A DNA stretch of 64,000 bases. It comes from a virus. Positions within the stretch are counted from its first letter, which is position 1; every line of letters begins with the position of its first letter. Positions 46,262 to 56,561 of this stretch are shown here, piece by piece. The position numbers and the translations under genes are program-made. Below the pieces are notes generated by a model. It had not been told where the DNA came from, made no database searches, and was given only the letters and a program-made list of their open reading frames with translations. The stretch spans positions 96,001-160,000 of IMG/VR virus record IMGVR_UViG_3300050821_007134; one strand, given 5' to 3'.

Positions 46262-47523
46262 TGGACTTAACAAAAGACCAAAGAACTGAATTAAATGCCC
46301 TATCGAAAGAACTCATGGGATCAGAGAGTAAGTGGAAAAAGCTTCTTGACCGTGGATACCTAGAGACAGTCACCGAAGAAAAAGAAGAAGAGATTCCGGG
46401 CGAAAACGGTGCTGAACCTACCAAAAGAAAAGTTAGGGTACCGAAGCTTGAAAAGGGCATGGTCGTCCGTACCGTACAGCGTCACACATATGAATCCCTT
46501 AGAAATATGCTAGTAGCTGCAAAGAAACAAAAAGATGAATACACAGCCGCAGTCGCAAAAATCAAAGCAGAACACGACGCCGCTCGAAAGGCTCAAGAAG
46601 CCGCCGGAGGATCAGCCGTATGAGTTACAATAAAACTATGATCAGAATTTCAGCTTTCTTCTTAATATTGTGGACAGGCTTTGGAATCTACAATTTGACT
46701 AAAGGAACTGAATCCGGTTACTGGTTAGCCGCTTTGGAATTCGCAGTCGCGATAATAAATGCTAATAATATTCGAAGACTTAGGAGAGAAAATGGCACGC
46801 CCACTAGATAAAATCATAGACATCATATTAAAATTAACACCCGATAATTTTAACAACAAGAAATATCTTAAACTGGAATTAGAGTCCATCAAGGAAAGCT
46901 ACTACTATGCAGCTCCAGAAACCCTAGGTTCTGTATGGCTCAGAGTGGCCCAAGCCCTTCAAGTTCATATCGGAGATCCAGGTGGAGAAACTTGGAAAAG
47001 AGAGATTCAAGGTCTCTTCGCTGGAAAGATTGACTACATGGATTACCTTACGGAGATTATGTGAGAGACTTAGAAAAAGTTCTGCAAGATGTTCTTTATT
47101 ACGTTCCACTAAACTTTGAACTTAGACCTCAATTAGAAGATCAATTGAATGCCCTAATCGAAAGACGCAAAATATCGCCCGCTGAGTTAGACCCATTCTT
47201 ATGGAATGACGCTCGTAATCTTTTAGATCATTATTTAGGATACGAGGTCGGTGATAGGCCTTGGGCGAAATATGCCTTATTAAGTTTTTCCGGTAAAAAT
47301 AAACTTCTTGGAGAGAAATAATGAGAATAGAGTACAAAGGGTTCGCACTGGTCGCCAATAGAGAAAAAACAAAAAATGGAATATACAGAACCTTTTACAG
47401 CGCTCAAAACATCGAAACCCGAATGATACTCTCCGAAACTAACGATAACATCAGTATCCAAGACGCAATGGAAGAACTAAAAACAGACGTAGACACATAT
47501 TTAAGTGAGACCAATGGAGCATA

Positions 47524-48405
47524 ATGCACGAACGAGCAATCAAACTCTTAAAAACCATGTTCAGAGACGGGGAAACTATCTGTGTGTCCGACAGCAAGTA
47601 TGGGTACCACTCTATCCCGCTTGAGAATGCTTGGAAAGATCCCGTAACTCTTTTTTCGCCAAACCCAGAAATTAAAATTCAATTTGTAGACAGCGTAAAC
47701 CTAAATTTAGTTGCGCTCAATCCCATAAAGGGTTTTCGAGAAGATCTCAATTGTACGGCCTTTAGGAACTTCATGGTCGAAATGGATATGGGGCCTTTGG
47801 CTCAACAGCTCCAATATATCAAAGCCTCGGGAATGCCCTACAGTGCGGTTATATTTTCAGGCAGTAAAAGTTTGCATTTTTTGATCTCCCTAGATACAGA
47901 CTTACCAAACGAATCCATTTGGCGTTTATTTGCGGAATGGACGCTTAATATAGTTCCTCTGGCAGACCCACTGACCAAGAACCCTAGTAGGTCAATCCGT
48001 ATCCCGGAATCGTACAGGGAGCCGGATAAACTCCAAAAACTGGTAGAATTCCACGGTCCCGTGAAACTTGATGACTTCGCCAACTGGCTCAGGAAGTGGC
48101 CATCTGCCAAGCCCGTTGTAAGCGAAAAGAAAAAAATTAAGCCTGGCGAGTTCGACAAGACCAAAGTCAAGGGATGGGTCATAAAGGCCCTGGATAAGGG
48201 GATTGACCGATCGAAAGGTAGGAACGCGCAATGGTACGCCATTGCTTGCGAATTTGCTTTGGCCGGTTACACGGAAGATGGTACAATGGCCATATTAGGT
48301 GACTACTTCTCGCCTGATAGAGACTTCAAAGAGAGAGAATGGAAAACAACCATAAAGAGCGCTTTCAAGCGTGTATATGGCAAGGAGCAAAATGAAAAAG
48401 GCTAA
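47524..48405 (+). CDS. Archaeo-eukaryotic primase (PrimPol) with PriCT-like C-terminus
   Basis: VEMD, FSGSKSLH, RSIRIP, then GRNAQWY...E..TTIKSA. Confidence 0.8.
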   Translation: MHERAIKLLKTMFRDGETICVSDSKYGYHSIPLENAWKDPVTLFSPNPEIKIQFVDSVNLNLVALNPIKGFREDLNCTAFRNFMVEMDMGPLAQQLQYIKASGMPYSAVIFSGSKSLHFLISLDTDLPNESIWRLFAEWTLNIVPLADPLTKNPSRSIRIPESYREPDKLQKLVEFHGPVKLDDFANWLRKWPSAKPVVSEKKKIKPGEFDKTKVKGWVIKALDKGIDRSKGRNAQWYAIACEFALAGYTEDGTMAILGDYFSPDRDFKEREWKTTIKSAFKRVYGKEQNEKG

Positions 48406-49000
48406 TCATGATGATATCGAAAAGTTTCACGATTACAGCATCCATTTGCCCACGCGAACTATTTACAATAGCACTGAACACGTAAGCGAATCTGATGATT
48501 TCTCCGAGTCAGGTTGCGATACGTCTATGGCCGAACGAATGGTTAAAAACATTCACATTTTGGACCATCTATCTCAAGAGCCAATCACGATCATCATGAA
48601 CAACATTGGTGGCGACGAATATCACGGATTCGCTATTTATGATGCTATCAAAGCGGCAAAATCAGAAATCATAGTAAAAGTTTTCGGCCACGCAATGAGT
48701 ATGGGTTCAATTATTTTACAAGCTGCCGACAAACGAATCATGTCTCCTACCTCACGACAAATGATTCATTACGGAACATGGGGTAGAAATGATCATGCTA
48801 AGACCAGTCAGAAGTGGGCAGAAGAAGGCCTTAAAATTGATAAGTGGATGGAAAAGATGTACTTAGACAAGATCCGCGAGAAGCACCCTGACTTTAAGCT
48901 TAAAAGATTGCAAAAATATTTGGACCATGATACGTTCCTGACAGCCGAAGAGAGCGTTGCGTTAGGATTAGCTGACTCAGTATTGGGAGATGAAGAGTGA
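48392..49000 (+). CDS. clpP: Cytoplasmic ClpP-like protease subunit
   Basis: GG..YHGFAIYD, AMSMGS, MIH and D.FLTAEE....GLAD. Confidence 0.88.
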   Translation: MKKANHDDIEKFHDYSIHLPTRTIYNSTEHVSESDDFSESGCDTSMAERMVKNIHILDHLSQEPITIIMNNIGGDEYHGFAIYDAIKAAKSEIIVKVFGHAMSMGSIILQAADKRIMSPTSRQMIHYGTWGRNDHAKTSQKWAEEGLKIDKWMEKMYLDKIREKHPDFKLKRLQKYLDHDTFLTAEESVALGLADSVLGDEE

Positions 49001-49291
49001 CCGACGAAGATTCTAAACTGGCCAAAGAGCTTGGCGATCAGATTAAAAAGGGATTAGAGGAACAATTTCTCCGAAAGCCTAACAGTGAAACTACTAGGCA
49101 AAGTGCAATCGCTTACTTACAGGGAATGGTTAACCAATGGATGGAAGAAAATAAAATTGAGCCTGGACCTCTTCCAATAGTAGATGTTCAAATTGAAGAC
49201 AGTCAAATGCACGTAAGGTTATTAGATCACGAAACAAAAGAGCCACTAACATGGGGACAGTGGATAGATAAATATTCATACGGAAGGTATT

Positions 49292-49915
49292 ATGGCCGAC
49301 GAGATTAAGGAAGAAAAGCTCCCCCCCTTTACGGAATGGGAAACTAAATATCGGACAGAATTGTCCGTATTGCCCACTTTCCAACGGCTCGCGAAAGCGA
49401 TTCCCGATCTAAAAGAATTCATTTATGCTTGCGGTCCGGATGAATACAATGTCAGGCCCGATTCTCCTCTTTTCTTAAGATTCAGAATGGCAGAATATCC
49501 TAAGTCAGATCCCATATTTAAGCAGCTCACAATCAAGGGCCGCCCAGTTGGCGCTAAAAATAACATCAAAAGAAAAGAACCTAATCTCAATGTGAGTGCA
49601 AATAGTGCCGAAGAGATTCGTGAATTTATCTCTGAAGCTAATTTCACCTTCAATTTCAAGATCTACAAAGAGTGTCATATTTACACTTTTGCAGACGCGA
49701 CAATCGTGTACTACACGGTAAAGGAAGAAGCTGATTCGAAAGAGCATTACTTCATTGAAATCGAAGTCGATGAAAAAACCATCCACAACTTAACCGAAAA
49801 AGAGGCCTGGACAGTCATTGAAAAATATGAGACTATTTTAGCTGAAACAGGTATCACTCCCCAGAAGCGATTGAGACGTTCACTTTTTGAAATGTTCAAG
49901 AAAGACGTAAAGTGA
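49292..49915 (+). CDS. CYTH / triphosphate tunnel metalloenzyme
   Basis: EWETKY (ExExK), FLRFR, LTIK, KIYK and FIEIEV. Confidence 0.8.
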   Translation: MADEIKEEKLPPFTEWETKYRTELSVLPTFQRLAKAIPDLKEFIYACGPDEYNVRPDSPLFLRFRMAEYPKSDPIFKQLTIKGRPVGAKNNIKRKEPNLNVSANSAEEIREFISEANFTFNFKIYKECHIYTFADATIVYYTVKEEADSKEHYFIEIEVDEKTIHNLTEKEAWTVIEKYETILAETGITPQKRLRRSLFEMFKKDVK

Positions 49916-50319
49916 AAATAGAAACTATCGTCCATACAAATAAGACTTATGAATTTTATTGTGATTGCGGAGGATATTCGCAGGGCCACATATCTTCTTC
50001 TGGAATGGGAAAGAAACTTTCATTCACCGTGACTGTAGACTGTCCCTGCTGTGCCAGAGAAAGAACGTATAAAGGTCCAAATATGGACACACTTAAATTA
50101 TCGACTGATTTACCGTCTTCAAATTTCCCCATAAAACAAACGTCGAACATACTGGATTTTTATGAGTAAAAATTCTATCATTCTGATTTTATCGCTTGCC
50201 CTCGCTTATTCTGCAAGGCATGAGATTGAAGGAGCTATTTTCAATGCTTTCTTTTATCTGTGTGTCCTTACTCGATCCGAATCATGTTTTGGATTAGTGT
50301 GCATGATCTGGAGGGGCTG

Positions 50320-50994
50320 TTGACCAAATGGAAACGTGCCGTTTATCATGCTCCTCCCGCAGACGTACCAGTCTTGGTGTGTTATGGCAGCGGCCATATG
50401 ATGGTCTCGTCTGCCACTTATTACAACCAACAAATGAAGGACATGTTCAAGGCTTTAGCTCAAGAGGGTAAAATGACACCCGAAATGGCTGAATGTAAAG
50501 GATACTTTAAAGAATTCGGCCAAAAAGTCTATCTAGATGACGCCGATGTCTATTGGACAGAACTGCCCGAGCCTCCCAAAGAAAGCAACACATTAAGCTC
50601 TATAACTGAGGAAAAATCTGTGGAAGAAAATGAAGAACAGTCAGGTGGAACTATGACCGTCGAAGAACTGGCCAAACACTTCGGCGAGAAAACTATCCCA
50701 GTTGAAAGAGGCGCTGATGAAATTTATGCCATAGCAGCTAGAGTTAAAAATGCCTGCGTACTACAAGTTGGGGCCAACCTCACACCAGCCGGTGTAATGC
50801 TCTGTAATACATACACCCATACAATCAAAGCTTTCTATGATTTCGCTAAAACTATCAAAGACGAAGATGATCGCGAGAGACTTAAATCATTCATTATGAG
50901 TCAAGAGGGAATGGCCGCCACATTCGTCGGAGCCGCTATGTCCAACGTTAAAGCTCAAGTCGAAGAACAAAGAAAGAGAGATAAGCAACGATGA
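50320..50994 (+). CDS. DUF551-like N-terminal domain fused to an unknown domain
   Basis: 'W....PP....VLV...YWTELPEPP'; TTG start behind GGAGG. Confidence 0.5.
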   Translation: MTKWKRAVYHAPPADVPVLVCYGSGHMMVSSATYYNQQMKDMFKALAQEGKMTPEMAECKGYFKEFGQKVYLDDADVYWTELPEPPKESNTLSSITEEKSVEENEEQSGGTMTVEELAKHFGEKTIPVERGADEIYAIAARVKNACVLQVGANLTPAGVMLCNTYTHTIKAFYDFAKTIKDEDDRERLKSFIMSQEGMAATFVGAAMSNVKAQVEEQRKRDKQR

Positions 50995-51586
50995 AACAGT
51001 TATTGATGACCCAAGAAGAATATGACCAAGACATGCGAACGAACAGAGGAGTTGGTTTCTCAGAAGGATTCGCCAATTTATTAAACGGTCTGGCGCAAGA
51101 AGTCGAAGGCAGAGATATGCGCTGGAGCGGTGATCTTAAGTCTAATCCTCAATTGCAATTAGTCTTAAAATTCATTTGGGAAAAACGGGACAAGAAATGA
51201 AAAAGAAATTACACACATGGTACTTAGCGCCGAATGCAAAAAATGCGTACTGCACAAAATGTGGTTATTTTCCCGGTCCTCCAATTTTGCGGAAAAATGC
51301 TAGAGGCTGTTCTCGTCCTGCGGAAAAGACACAATGAGCGAGTCTCACTACCTGACTTGTCAGGACGAGAATTGCGAAAAAGCCTACTGCGTTGCTCGAA
51401 GAGATTACGAAGCAAAATTAAGCGGTCTTGAAAGAAAAAATAGAGTTTTGCAGGTCAAAATAGATAATTTAATAGTGGGAAATCTTAATGATTTCACAGA
51501 GATGGAATTAAAGGTCGTAAAGCATCATAGAGATGAGCTACTAACTGAAATAAAACTATTAAAAAATATATTAAAGAAGAAATGAC

Positions 51587-52576
51587 ATGGAATACAAGCA
51601 CGACTTTGGTTTTGGCGATACTCGCGGAATTCGCGAAATTATGCTCAAACATGCCCCGTTCCTATCTTTGGGACTCATGCCTTGGGAAAACTTCGGTTAT
51701 CCAGCGCACGACGGGAACCCGCTCTTAAAGGCTGAAATTTCCAAACTTATCAAAAATCTCACAGGGAAAAGTTACACTTATGTTTTAGTTACTGTCGGGG
51801 CAATGCACGCGATAAATGCCGCTATAGCGGCAATTCGGACCCCTAAAACCAAGTTTTTATACACAAACAAGCTCTATTTCGGCAGATATCCCGGTTTAGC
51901 GGTAAATTCAGGCCTCATTCATATCAAAACTGACAAAATGGGTCCCATGAATGGCGACATCGGAATCATCGATTCCCCAAGCAATCCCGAAGGAATTCTG
52001 TCAAGCCACGGCAATGGAGACAATATCATCTGGGATGCCGCCTATTATTCGCCGACTTATTGCGGCATTGGTAACAGGGACAACTTAAAGTGCTATCCCG
52101 TTATACCGAAACATGTGGTAATGGCCGGAAGTCTTAATAAACTAACAGGTGTAAATGGGCTAAGAATCGGATGGCTTGCGACAAACGACCAAAACATATA
52201 TGAAAAGGCCCTAGGATACGTTACAAGCAACGTTTTGGGCATAAGCCAGCCTTCGCAGTGGGCCGCCTTACAAATCCTCACCAAGGTCAATATGAGCGCT
52301 TTTTATGCTGAATCTAAGGCCCTTGTCGACTCCAATAAGACAGAATTGCAAAGACTTGACTATCTGTTCGGTTATCAGCCTATACCGCGATGCGGTATGT
52401 TTGCCCTATTTGAGGTGGACGAGAAGTTGAGGAAATTGCTAGAAAAAGCATCGGTTCTAACCATGCCTGGGAGTCAGTGCGGAGATGATCGGGATAGCGT
52501 AAGATTTAATCTTGGAAATTCAAACAAAGATACAAAAGCGATGGTAGATGCGATCTTAAAAGCTGATGGTAAGTAG
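51587..52576 (+). CDS. Fold-type I PLP enzyme, alliinase/TAA1-like aminotransferase
   Basis: SPSNPEG, DAAYYSP, SLNKLTG..GLRIGW (PLP lysine), GISQPSQ and VRFNL. Confidence 0.85.
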   Translation: MEYKHDFGFGDTRGIREIMLKHAPFLSLGLMPWENFGYPAHDGNPLLKAEISKLIKNLTGKSYTYVLVTVGAMHAINAAIAAIRTPKTKFLYTNKLYFGRYPGLAVNSGLIHIKTDKMGPMNGDIGIIDSPSNPEGILSSHGNGDNIIWDAAYYSPTYCGIGNRDNLKCYPVIPKHVVMAGSLNKLTGVNGLRIGWLATNDQNIYEKALGYVTSNVLGISQPSQWAALQILTKVNMSAFYAESKALVDSNKTELQRLDYLFGYQPIPRCGMFALFEVDEKLRKLLEKASVLTMPGSQCGDDRDSVRFNLGNSNKDTKAMVDAILKADGK

Positions 52577-52718
52577 GTTGGCCACACATTGATGGGCATT
52601 GCATTGCAGGCTTGTCACTACATGCGGAAGATGAATTCCAATCAATGCCAAAGCATCTCCTGGATACTGAATCAAATGCCACAAATCTGGATTATTCAAA
52701 ACTGACAAATCATTCATA

Positions 52719-55700
52719 TTAGCTAATCGGTATCGCCGAGCTTGAAAAAGAATAAACAGTGCTGCTCGCGAATACCACGTTTCCTAAATCTGGATTCAAA
52801 TCGCCACCTGTATTACTGTTGAAACCAAAAGTAACATACGAAACGTTCGGTTGAATAGTTACTGCGAATGCCACAGAATTTGAATTGTTATGATTCATAG
52901 TTCCACAAGATTCGATGGTTCCGTTGATTTTACTTCCCTGAGAGACAAATCCTGGAGGTAACGAAATCTGCGCTTGCGTTCCTGTGGGAGTTCCAGTTGT
53001 CCAGGTTCCCTTAATATGAATTGAATCTGCGCCATCATATTTATACCAGAAAGTTGCTCCAGTAACAGTTCCCATTCCAGTAAAAGTTGGCGTATACGCG
53101 GTCCAGCTAGATGGACCACTTCCATTACTTAACTGAATTACGGTCCATTCAACAGCATTAACCAGTGTAGTGGCGCCTAAATTATTTATATGTGCAGTTC
53201 CACCAACAGCAGCTAATTCCAGTCTTACTGTTACAGGAGTATTAACTCCAGGAACGTAAATACCAGAAAGTGTTGTGGGCGTTATTACATCGTTGCCCGT
53301 GTTGGTATTATTCATCATGGCTGTACTAATATCTTCAGTTCCGTCGGTTAATTTAACGGCACTGGCGCCATCTGTAGTGGTATTAAATAATGGAAAAGTA
53401 GCGGTTATAAGATAAACCGCATTTGATGTAGGCGGTGTAAAAGTTATTCCGCATACGTTCCCGGCTGCGGCAGTTAGGTTTATGCCGGATGATTCTCTTA
53501 TAGTAAGAGCATTCCCGCCAGAATTTGTCGGGTCTACATATGAAGCAGAGGTTGTACTCCAGCCCGATGCGCTACCGAAATAAGCTTGAGCGTATGTACC
53601 GGCCCCACTGCCATTTCCGCTTCCACTCGCGCCCGCTAATGCACTTAGTGGTTTGGCATATAAGACAGAGTAATTAATGGCTTGATCGCCACGATTAGCC
53701 CCGCCTACTACTTGAGCAGTGTAAATATGAGTTCCAGCGGGAGGAGAATCTATATATTTAAATGAAGATGCTGGTATTCCATGAATCTCAATTGCTATGT
53801 TATTCTGCATGTACATGAATTGAGAACTTATTAACACGCCATCTCTATAGAAATTAAGAGTTGCAGAACTATCGGTTGGAGTAGAATCTGTAATAATATA
53901 GCTTGGATTTGAAGATCCATCGGCCTGAAATCCAACTTCAACATCTCCACCGTTAGTAGTAACGACTGCCCTAACGGGATTTACGCCACCGCTATCGAGA
54001 ACTGGAATTAGAGTATTCGAGAAACCGAAGACGCCTGTAGAATTTGATTTAGCTATATTTGAAATGCCATCAAGTTGTCCGCCGTATAGACCTACGATTG
54101 GAACAGAGAAATCGAATGCTACCGTATCACTCGTATTGAACATGTTATTTGAATTATTTTTCTCTAAATTATTAGCGCTTGTTTTATAAGAGAAAAATAT
54201 TTGATTTGTAGTCGCGCCGTCCGTAAATAAAATGGGCGCATCCGCGTTAGTTATGTTAGGAACAGATCCATTTTGCGATAACTGTTGAGACCATCCTACT
54301 GATTGGGTGTATGTTGTTGGAAGTTTAGTAAAATCTATTACGTAGCCAGTTGGCAACTGAATGTATGCGGTTGTAGCACTTACGGTTCCGCACTGAAATT
54401 GTCCTCTGACCTGAATAGAATCACCAATAACCCTATATTCTATTTCAGAATTAGTTACCGTGCCAAAACCAGGGGAAGGAGTAAAAGTTAAACTATCACT
54501 CCATGGGGTTAAAGGACTTTGAAACTGTCCGCTTAAGCCGATACCTTCGGCGAACATGTAAAAAGGATTACGTTCACTAGCATCTAAATATACGCCAGAT
54601 CCACCATTAACTTGACCCTGAATATCAAAAACATAAGTTGTTCCGGCATTTAAAGAATAGACAGACTGTATAAATTCATTTGAAACAGTGGGAGGAGTTC
54701 CAGCATAAAGAACTGCCTGAGATTCTTGTAATAACGTTGCTCCGCCAGAAGTGTTAAAAACTCTAGCGCCAGCTATACTATTTGAACCCTGATTATTTAA
54801 TGGAACGGCGGTATAAACTTTATAAATTCCACTAATTGTGGGAGTAAATGAAAAAGCAGGACTATTATTAAAAGTTACGAATGAAGTAGAGGCGTTTAAG
54901 GTACTAAGAGTTGATACCGCGCTCGAAGCAAAATATGCAAATGCGCTACCTGTTGTTCTACCATTTGGACCCATTAAAGCATTGTTAAGCGCGACAGAAT
55001 ATATCCATAAAGTTGTGAGAGCGTTATATACAGTACTGGATTGAGAATTCCAGGTTACTACATCTCCCGCTTTTAAATTGCCTAGATGTATTTCAGCGGC
55101 AGCAATATCACCATTTCGGCCACTTGTATCGAAGAAATAAGTTGTTGCGCCTGCATTTATCGCGCCATTTACGAAAGGTATGGCAATAATTCCACCAGAA
55201 GAAGACTGCGCTGAAAACCCTACTACATAGTCCCCGGCATATGGAACTGTATATTGCCCAGTTGCAGGATTATAACCCGAGTTTGAATCGTAAGATACGT
55301 TACCTAAAATTATTGTTCCCGAACCAGAGAAAGATCCATAGGCTTTCATTTTTACTGGAAAGTTTTGACTTGTTAAACTTAAGCCGATACCTTCGGCGTA
55401 CATATAAAATTGTGCAACATCGCCTCTAATAAAGGCATTCGGTCCACTTCCGGTAACTGCTCCTTGTACGTCGAAAACGTAAGGGGTACCGGCAACCAAT
55501 TGATAGGTTGATTGGCAATAGGCACTGTTAACCGTTGCTGGGCTGTCAGAATATGCAACGCCCTGACTCTCGCTTAATAAAGTTGCACCGCCAGATGTGT
55601 TAAAAATTTTACAAACTGCTTCTTGGGTCGAAGAGTTAGTTTCTAATGGAACGCTCGCATATATTTTGTAAATACCGCTTATGACTGGAGTAAATGTGAA

Positions 55701-56552
55701 CGCTGGACTATTGCTGAAAGTAGTAAATGTTGGAGCGACACTTGCTACTGGACTAGATATTGTATTAACGACATTAGAAGTAAAAAGTGCGAATGAACTG
55801 CCGCCAGTATTTAGACTTCCATTTAATCCAATTCCTTCTGCGAACATGTAGAAAGGCGTAGGGCTTAATGTAAGCGTACCACTAGATGCGACCATTCCTT
55901 GAATGTCGAAAACGTAAGTATTTCCAGCTATTAAAGTGTAAGTAGATTGAGCATATCCACTAAATCCCGGATCAGTAACTCCGGCTTTGAACCCAATGGC
56001 CAATACTTGAGATTCAGCTAGTAAAGTGGCACCGCCGCTTGTATTAAAAATTCTTCCATAAAAAGGTACGTTATCTCCTGGACCTGGAACCAAAGGAAGG
56101 GACGCATAAACTTTATACGTTCCGGTGATCGTTGGAGTAATCGTAAAAGCAGGACTCGTGCTAAATGTTTGAAACGTTCCTACTGATCCACTAATTGCCG
56201 AGCCAGTAACTACTTGCGAAGATTGATAAGTTGCAAACGCAGAACTTCCAGAAGAAAGAAGTGGAGTCTCGACACCAGCAGAATTCAAAATATATGGAAT
56301 GTTATCATTTTTGAAATAAAAAGAATTACTTCCAGATGGTGGATTCGCAGGAGTGGAAATTTGAGTTAGGGTTATGGGATTTGGAGTGCTGCTACCTGAT
56401 CCTGGAATTGAAACCCAGACGCCATTTACATACCCTCTAAAAGTATTTAATCCAGTGTCATAATAGATATCTCCATTCCTAGGATTAGCAGGAGCGGTTG
56501 GCAACGAGCCAAGATTTATTCCATTTTTGACATACTGAAAGTTATCAGACAT
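52719..56552 (-). CDS. Tail fibre / adhesin with three internal repeats and a C1q-like domain
   Basis: S/T/G/N-rich; three copies of 'SPAF..TP.I.G.YK.Y..PL...FNTSGGATLL.ESQ...FYM.AEGIGL'. Confidence 0.8.
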   Translation of the reverse strand: MSDNFQYVKNGINLGSLPTAPANPRNGDIYYDTGLNTFRGYVNGVWVSIPGSGSSTPNPITLTQISTPANPPSGSNSFYFKNDNIPYILNSAGVETPLLSSGSSAFATYQSSQVVTGSAISGSVGTFQTFSTSPAFTITPTITGTYKVYASLPLVPGPGDNVPFYGRIFNTSGGATLLAESQVLAIGFKAGVTDPGFSGYAQSTYTLIAGNTYVFDIQGMVASSGTLTLSPTPFYMFAEGIGLNGSLNTGGSSFALFTSNVVNTISSPVASVAPTFTTFSNSPAFTFTPVISGIYKIYASVPLETNSSTQEAVCKIFNTSGGATLLSESQGVAYSDSPATVNSAYCQSTYQLVAGTPYVFDVQGAVTGSGPNAFIRGDVAQFYMYAEGIGLSLTSQNFPVKMKAYGSFSGSGTIILGNVSYDSNSGYNPATGQYTVPYAGDYVVGFSAQSSSGGIIAIPFVNGAINAGATTYFFDTSGRNGDIAAAEIHLGNLKAGDVVTWNSQSSTVYNALTTLWIYSVALNNALMGPNGRTTGSAFAYFASSAVSTLSTLNASTSFVTFNNSPAFSFTPTISGIYKVYTAVPLNNQGSNSIAGARVFNTSGGATLLQESQAVLYAGTPPTVSNEFIQSVYSLNAGTTYVFDIQGQVNGGSGVYLDASERNPFYMFAEGIGLSGQFQSPLTPWSDSLTFTPSPGFGTVTNSEIEYRVIGDSIQVRGQFQCGTVSATTAYIQLPTGYVIDFTKLPTTYTQSVGWSQQLSQNGSVPNITNADAPILFTDGATTNQIFFSYKTSANNLEKNNSNNMFNTSDTVAFDFSVPIVGLYGGQLDGISNIAKSNSTGVFGFSNTLIPVLDSGGVNPVRAVVTTNGGDVEVGFQADGSSNPSYIITDSTPTDSSATLNFYRDGVLISSQFMYMQNNIAIEIHGIPASSFKYIDSPPAGTHIYTAQVVGGANRGDQAINYSVLYAKPLSALAGASGSGNGSGAGTYAQAYFGSASGWSTTSASYVDPTNSGGNALTIRESSGINLTAAAGNVCGITFTPPTSNAVYLITATFPLFNTTTDGASAVKLTDGTEDISTAMMNNTNTGNDVITPTTLSGIYVPGVNTPVTVRLELAAVGGTAHINNLGATTLVNAVEWTVIQLSNGSGPSSWTAYTPTFTGMGTVTGATFWYKYDGADSIHIKGTWTTGTPTGTQAQISLPPGFVSQGSKINGTIESCGTMNHNNSNSVAFAVTIQPNVSYVTFGFNSNTGGDLNPDLGNVVFASSTVYSFSSSAIPIS

Positions 56553-56561
56553 CGATCCGCC

